From assembly GCA_937968065.1 (NCBI GenBank), contig CALBUD010000068.1, forward strand, positions 1 to 7,445: DNA of 7,445 nt, given 5' to 3'. Below are positions 4,646 to 7,445 of the stretch, in pieces. The DNA is from Candidatus Iainarchaeum sp. GTDB taxonomy: Archaea > Iainarchaeota > Iainarchaeia > Iainarchaeales > CSSED10-239. Position 1 is the stretch's first letter. Every line of letters begins with the position of its first letter. Below the pieces are notes generated by a model, which was not told the origin of the DNA, did no database searches, and saw only the letters and a program-made list of their open reading frames with translations. The position numbers and the translations under genes were made by a program.

Positions 4646-5167
4646 TTAATTTCCAGCTGGTTTTTTATTAATGTACATTACACAGAAAAGATCTTCACAA
4701 CTATCAGGGTTTGGAATAGGTGCATTTGCACCGGTTGTAATTTCTGAATATATATTAATATTAGTTAAATCTCTTGAACTCATTCCACTTTTACCACACA
4801 CAAAATAAACATCTGTTTTTAAATATTTTTTTTGAATTTGAACTCCATAACTTTCTTTTAGAATACCAGGACCTACAATAAAACCAAAACAACCAGGTTC
4901 TAAGTTTCCAAGCTGTTCATATTTTGCATGAGAAATAATTCCTGAAACTAAAACATCTTCAACAGCAAAAGGTTTTTCCATACTTACAATTGGACTGTTA
5001 ATTGCAGATAAGAAAGAATCTTCTATTTTTTGATTACTAATAATAATTGCTTGATTGTTTGTTTTATTTACCATTACAAGAATAATTCCTAAAATAGCTG
5101 TTGCAACGATAAATGCAATTAATAACTGATATGCTTCAAAAGCTTGTCCTTTTTTATTATTAATCAT
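4646..5167 (-). CDS. prepilin-like protein with class III signal peptide (173 aa)
   Basis: The N-terminus is MINNKKG|QAFEAYQLLIAFIVATAILGIILV. It has four Cys (C93, C124, C157, C162), all after the helix. It starts 20 nt downstream of the platform gene. Confidence 0.75.
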   Translation of the reverse strand: MINNKKGQAFEAYQLLIAFIVATAILGIILVMVNKTNNQAIIISNQKIEDSFLSAINSPIVSMEKPFAVEDVLVSGIISHAKYEQLGNLEPGCFGFIVGPGILKESYGVQIQKKYLKTDVYFVCGKSGMSSRDLTNINIYSEITTGANAPIPNPDSCEDLFCVMYINKKPAGN

Positions 5168-5187
5168 ATTTTTTCATAAAATTTTTT

Positions 5188-7431
5188 CTAAAATAACATA
5201 TTTGCTAAAATAGTTGTAACAATAAATAATATTGTTGCTATTGGAAGAGTTTGTGCAATTCTTACCTTTGTTAAAACTTTATTTTCTTGTTCAATCATTG
5301 TTGTAAAATAAACAATAATAATTACAATCTGTATAACATAGATTGCTACAATTATTAAAAAAGTAGTTGAATCAGCAAACTTTGAAATGTTTGAAGGATC
5401 AATAGAAGTTCCTAAACCAGAAATACTTGCAGTTCCTCCAGTTCCAAATCCTGCAACATTTAACCCTTCACCTATTCCAGCCATCATGCCTTCCATATCT
5501 TGCATAATATTACTTGAAGCTATAGAATTTAAAGTAGACATTACTATTCTTTGAAGAGCAGTTGTTATTCCAAGAACTATTGGTGCAATATACTTTGCCA
5601 TACTGTTTAATGTTCCTGTAATATCAGAAATTAAATTTGAAAGCATTTTTGAAACTTCATCTGTATTTCTAAGTTGCATAGAATAAGACATTAAAGTTTT
5701 TGCAGCAACAGAAACACCAAGTTGTACAGAATCAACAACTAAAAGCATAGCACTGTTAATTACTCTTGAAGGATTATTTTTTAAAGCTCCATAATTAGGA
5801 TCAAATAAAGAAGCTTTTAAGTTAAGCCCCATTATTCTTATGTTATCTAAAGTTTTTGCAAAAATATTTTGAGCAATTAAAGATCTTGGTAAAAATTCTT
5901 TTGTATGGTTTAAAGCTTCTTCAATAGGTTTGTTTTCTCCAAGTCTACTTGCAATAATATATAAAGCATCTTTAAACTCTTCTTCCATTTTTTGAGATTT
6001 TACTTGCACTCTTCTTTTATATATATTTGTTCCATAAAGATAAATTGATATTAAAAAACTAATTGTTAAAAGAGCACCATAAATAATAAAATAAGGAGTT
6101 GTGTTGTTTTCAGGTCTTAACCAAAAATCTCTTTCAGAAGCACATTGGAATTTAGAATCTTGTGCTTTAATTGATAATTCATCAAGAGTACATGTAAACT
6201 GAGCATCTGAAACTCTTCCTCCTTCTTCTATATATCCTTCATTAACTAAAATATTGTATTTCGTTTTTCCAAAAGTGCTTTGCAAAAAAATACTTGAAGA
6301 GAGTAAAAGAGCTGCAACAATTATCATAATTATAAAAATATTAAATCTCATACCTTTTACAGAAATTGTGTTTTTTGGAGGAATATCTGGATGATTGTCA
6401 GAAATTATTGGTGGAACATATGTTATTGGTCTTTCTCTAATTACTTTTTTTGCAAACAATAAACAACTTATAGGAATAATTATGTTATAGATTAAAATTA
6501 AATAAATTGGTCTTGCAAGAGCAGAGTCTGAGAAAGCAGAACCAACTGGAAGAATAATTATTAAAAGAAGAGGAAGAAGAATACCTAAATAAAACATAAT
6601 CATTGCTGGTTGAGAAAGACTTCTGGCATAATCTTCAAGTTTGTTTCTAATTGAAGATAAAGTATCTTCCATTGTTTTGTCAAGTATTTGATATCTTTTT
6701 GATTCTGAAACTTCAATAACACTTGATCTTATTTTCATTAAAGACTTTTTAAATTCTTGAGAAACATCTCCCCATTTATATGCAAGTTCATCAATAGCTT
6801 CAGAAACACTACCTTTAATTCCTACCTTAACTTCCCATAATAAAGTTTTAAGATCTTCTGCTATTTTTCCATGTCCATGACTTGCTGCAAATTCAATAGC
6901 TTTTTCTAAGTTTGGAACTAATTTCATTGACATTATCATATATCCTAAAATTTCTGGAATAAAAGTTAAAGCATATATTTTTTCTAAATTTACTTTTTTT
7001 TTTGGATAATTTTTGAAATAATTTATTAGATATAAATATAAAATTAAAGGTCCCCCAATTCCAAAAACATTTGGAACAAAAGAACTACCAAAAAAAGAAA
7101 CTAGTTTATCTGCTAAAAATAAATAGAATAATAAAACAATTAAAAATGTTAAAATAAATCCTGCAAAAATTACAAATTTATAAGCTGCAAAATATTCTTC
7201 AGCTTTTAAATCCCATTTTAAGAAATCAATTGAGTTTTGTAGTTTTTCATCATATTTTGTATTTGCTCCTAAAGATGGAAATTTTTTATATATTTTTTTA
7301 CAAAAAAGAACATATGCATTTTCTTGTTTTTTAGATAATCTATCTTCATCTAATGAAAAATCTCTAGATTCTACAGATATTGAACTATATATTTGACCTG
7401 GTGTTCTTGTTGGAGGTTTTATTTTATCCAT
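5188..7431 (-). CDS. FlaJ/TadC/PilC-family (T2SSF-type) polytopic membrane platform protein of a type IV filament system (747 aa)
   Basis: It has about 9 predicted TM helices. There are two cytoplasmic helical modules (residues ~150-272 and ~480-610), each with the T2SSF-like pattern: FIPEILGYMIMSMKLVPNLEKAIEFAA...GKIAEDLKTLLWEVKVGIKGSVSEAIDELA, and FKDALYIIASRLGENKPIEEALNHT...IAQNIFAKTLDNIRIMGLNLKASLF. Each module is preceded by a TM pair. The gene heads a run of prepilin genes. Confidence 0.72.
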   Translation of the reverse strand: MDKIKPPTRTPGQIYSSISVESRDFSLDEDRLSKKQENAYVLFCKKIYKKFPSLGANTKYDEKLQNSIDFLKWDLKAEEYFAAYKFVIFAGFILTFLIVLLFYLFLADKLVSFFGSSFVPNVFGIGGPLILYLYLINYFKNYPKKKVNLEKIYALTFIPEILGYMIMSMKLVPNLEKAIEFAASHGHGKIAEDLKTLLWEVKVGIKGSVSEAIDELAYKWGDVSQEFKKSLMKIRSSVIEVSESKRYQILDKTMEDTLSSIRNKLEDYARSLSQPAMIMFYLGILLPLLLIIILPVGSAFSDSALARPIYLILIYNIIIPISCLLFAKKVIRERPITYVPPIISDNHPDIPPKNTISVKGMRFNIFIIMIIVAALLLSSSIFLQSTFGKTKYNILVNEGYIEEGGRVSDAQFTCTLDELSIKAQDSKFQCASERDFWLRPENNTTPYFIIYGALLTISFLISIYLYGTNIYKRRVQVKSQKMEEEFKDALYIIASRLGENKPIEEALNHTKEFLPRSLIAQNIFAKTLDNIRIMGLNLKASLFDPNYGALKNNPSRVINSAMLLVVDSVQLGVSVAAKTLMSYSMQLRNTDEVSKMLSNLISDITGTLNSMAKYIAPIVLGITTALQRIVMSTLNSIASSNIMQDMEGMMAGIGEGLNVAGFGTGGTASISGLGTSIDPSNISKFADSTTFLIIVAIYVIQIVIIIVYFTTMIEQENKVLTKVRIAQTLPIATILFIVTTILANMLF

Positions 7432-7445
7432 ATTTGTTTAGAATT

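Noticed and set aside
4447-4671. 74-aa plus-strand ORF (MLKKKLIDLWKNKDIK...).
   Set aside because: It lies antisense to the 164-aa membrane-protein gene and to the 3' end of the neighbouring pilin gene. Its low-complexity K/I/N sequence is the mirror image of the Phe/Ile/Leu-rich codons on the other strand. It has no start signals and is almost certainly a shadow ORF.
1364-4825. Additional TTTAAATA octamers on the plus strand at 1364-1371, 2972-2979 and 4818-4825.
   Set aside because: They lie inside minus-strand coding regions with no plausible plus-strand gene downstream. They show that the octamer occurs by chance here, which is why the intergenic promoter calls carry only moderate confidence.
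716-7431. The cluster could be an archaellum (fla/arl) operon.
   Set aside because: There are no paralogous archaellins with a long conserved N-terminal domain. I recognise no FlaC/D/E or FlaH-like proteins. The subunits are heterogeneous in size (65-249 aa) and have Gln at +1, which is typical of pilins rather than archaellins. A non-motility pilus is the better reading, although FlaF/G-like roles for two of the ORFs remain possible.
716-7431. The cluster could be a bacterial (for example CPR) type IV pilus or Tad locus.
   Set aside because: None of the leaders has the bacterial G|F-[T/S]-L-x-E signature with Glu at +5. The leaders are short and basic with G/A|Q, which is the archaeal pattern. 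TGA is used as a stop, which excludes recoded CPR lineages.
1-7445. I searched for CRISPR arrays, long direct or inverted repeats, IS or transposase genes, and tRNA or rRNA genes.
   Set aside because: I found no regularly spaced repeats, no GC-rich structured RNA-like islands and no transposase-like ORF. The only recurring DNA words are short coding motifs: the KGQA codons and the GATTCTGAAGAT low-complexity repeat.

Overview
This is a very AT-rich prokaryotic window; G+C looks clearly below one third by eye but was not computed. The predicted proteins are rich in Asn, Lys and Ile. TAA, TAG and TGA all terminate ORFs and Trp is encoded by TGG, so the standard genetic code applies. One plus-strand ORF (60-719) encodes a highly charged, probably disordered hypothetical protein. 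It converges on a tightly packed nine-gene minus-strand cluster (716-7431) that I read as an archaeal type IV filament (pilus-like) module. The cluster opens with a 747-aa polytopic protein carrying two T2SSF/FlaJ/TadC-like cytoplasmic repeats. Five ORFs then carry canonical archaeal class III (prepilin) signal peptides of the form K-[G/A]|Q-[A/V] followed by a hydrophobic helix; one of them is a 65-aa mini-pilin. Two more ORFs are N-terminally anchored with atypical N-termini, and a 164-aa Cys-free polytopic membrane protein sits between two paralogous pilins. The window contains no assembly ATPase and no recognisable prepilin peptidase. I predict the ATPase lies just to the right of position 7445. 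I do not recognise any family in the C-terminal domains of the pilin-like proteins. Their predicted extracellular cysteines always occur in even numbers. The cluster is therefore a candidate undescribed adhesion or attachment filament of a low-GC, possibly DPANN-type, archaeon. I saw no rRNA, tRNA, CRISPR array, transposase or long DNA repeat. All family assignments come from reading motifs and topology by eye; no HMM or BLAST search was possible.
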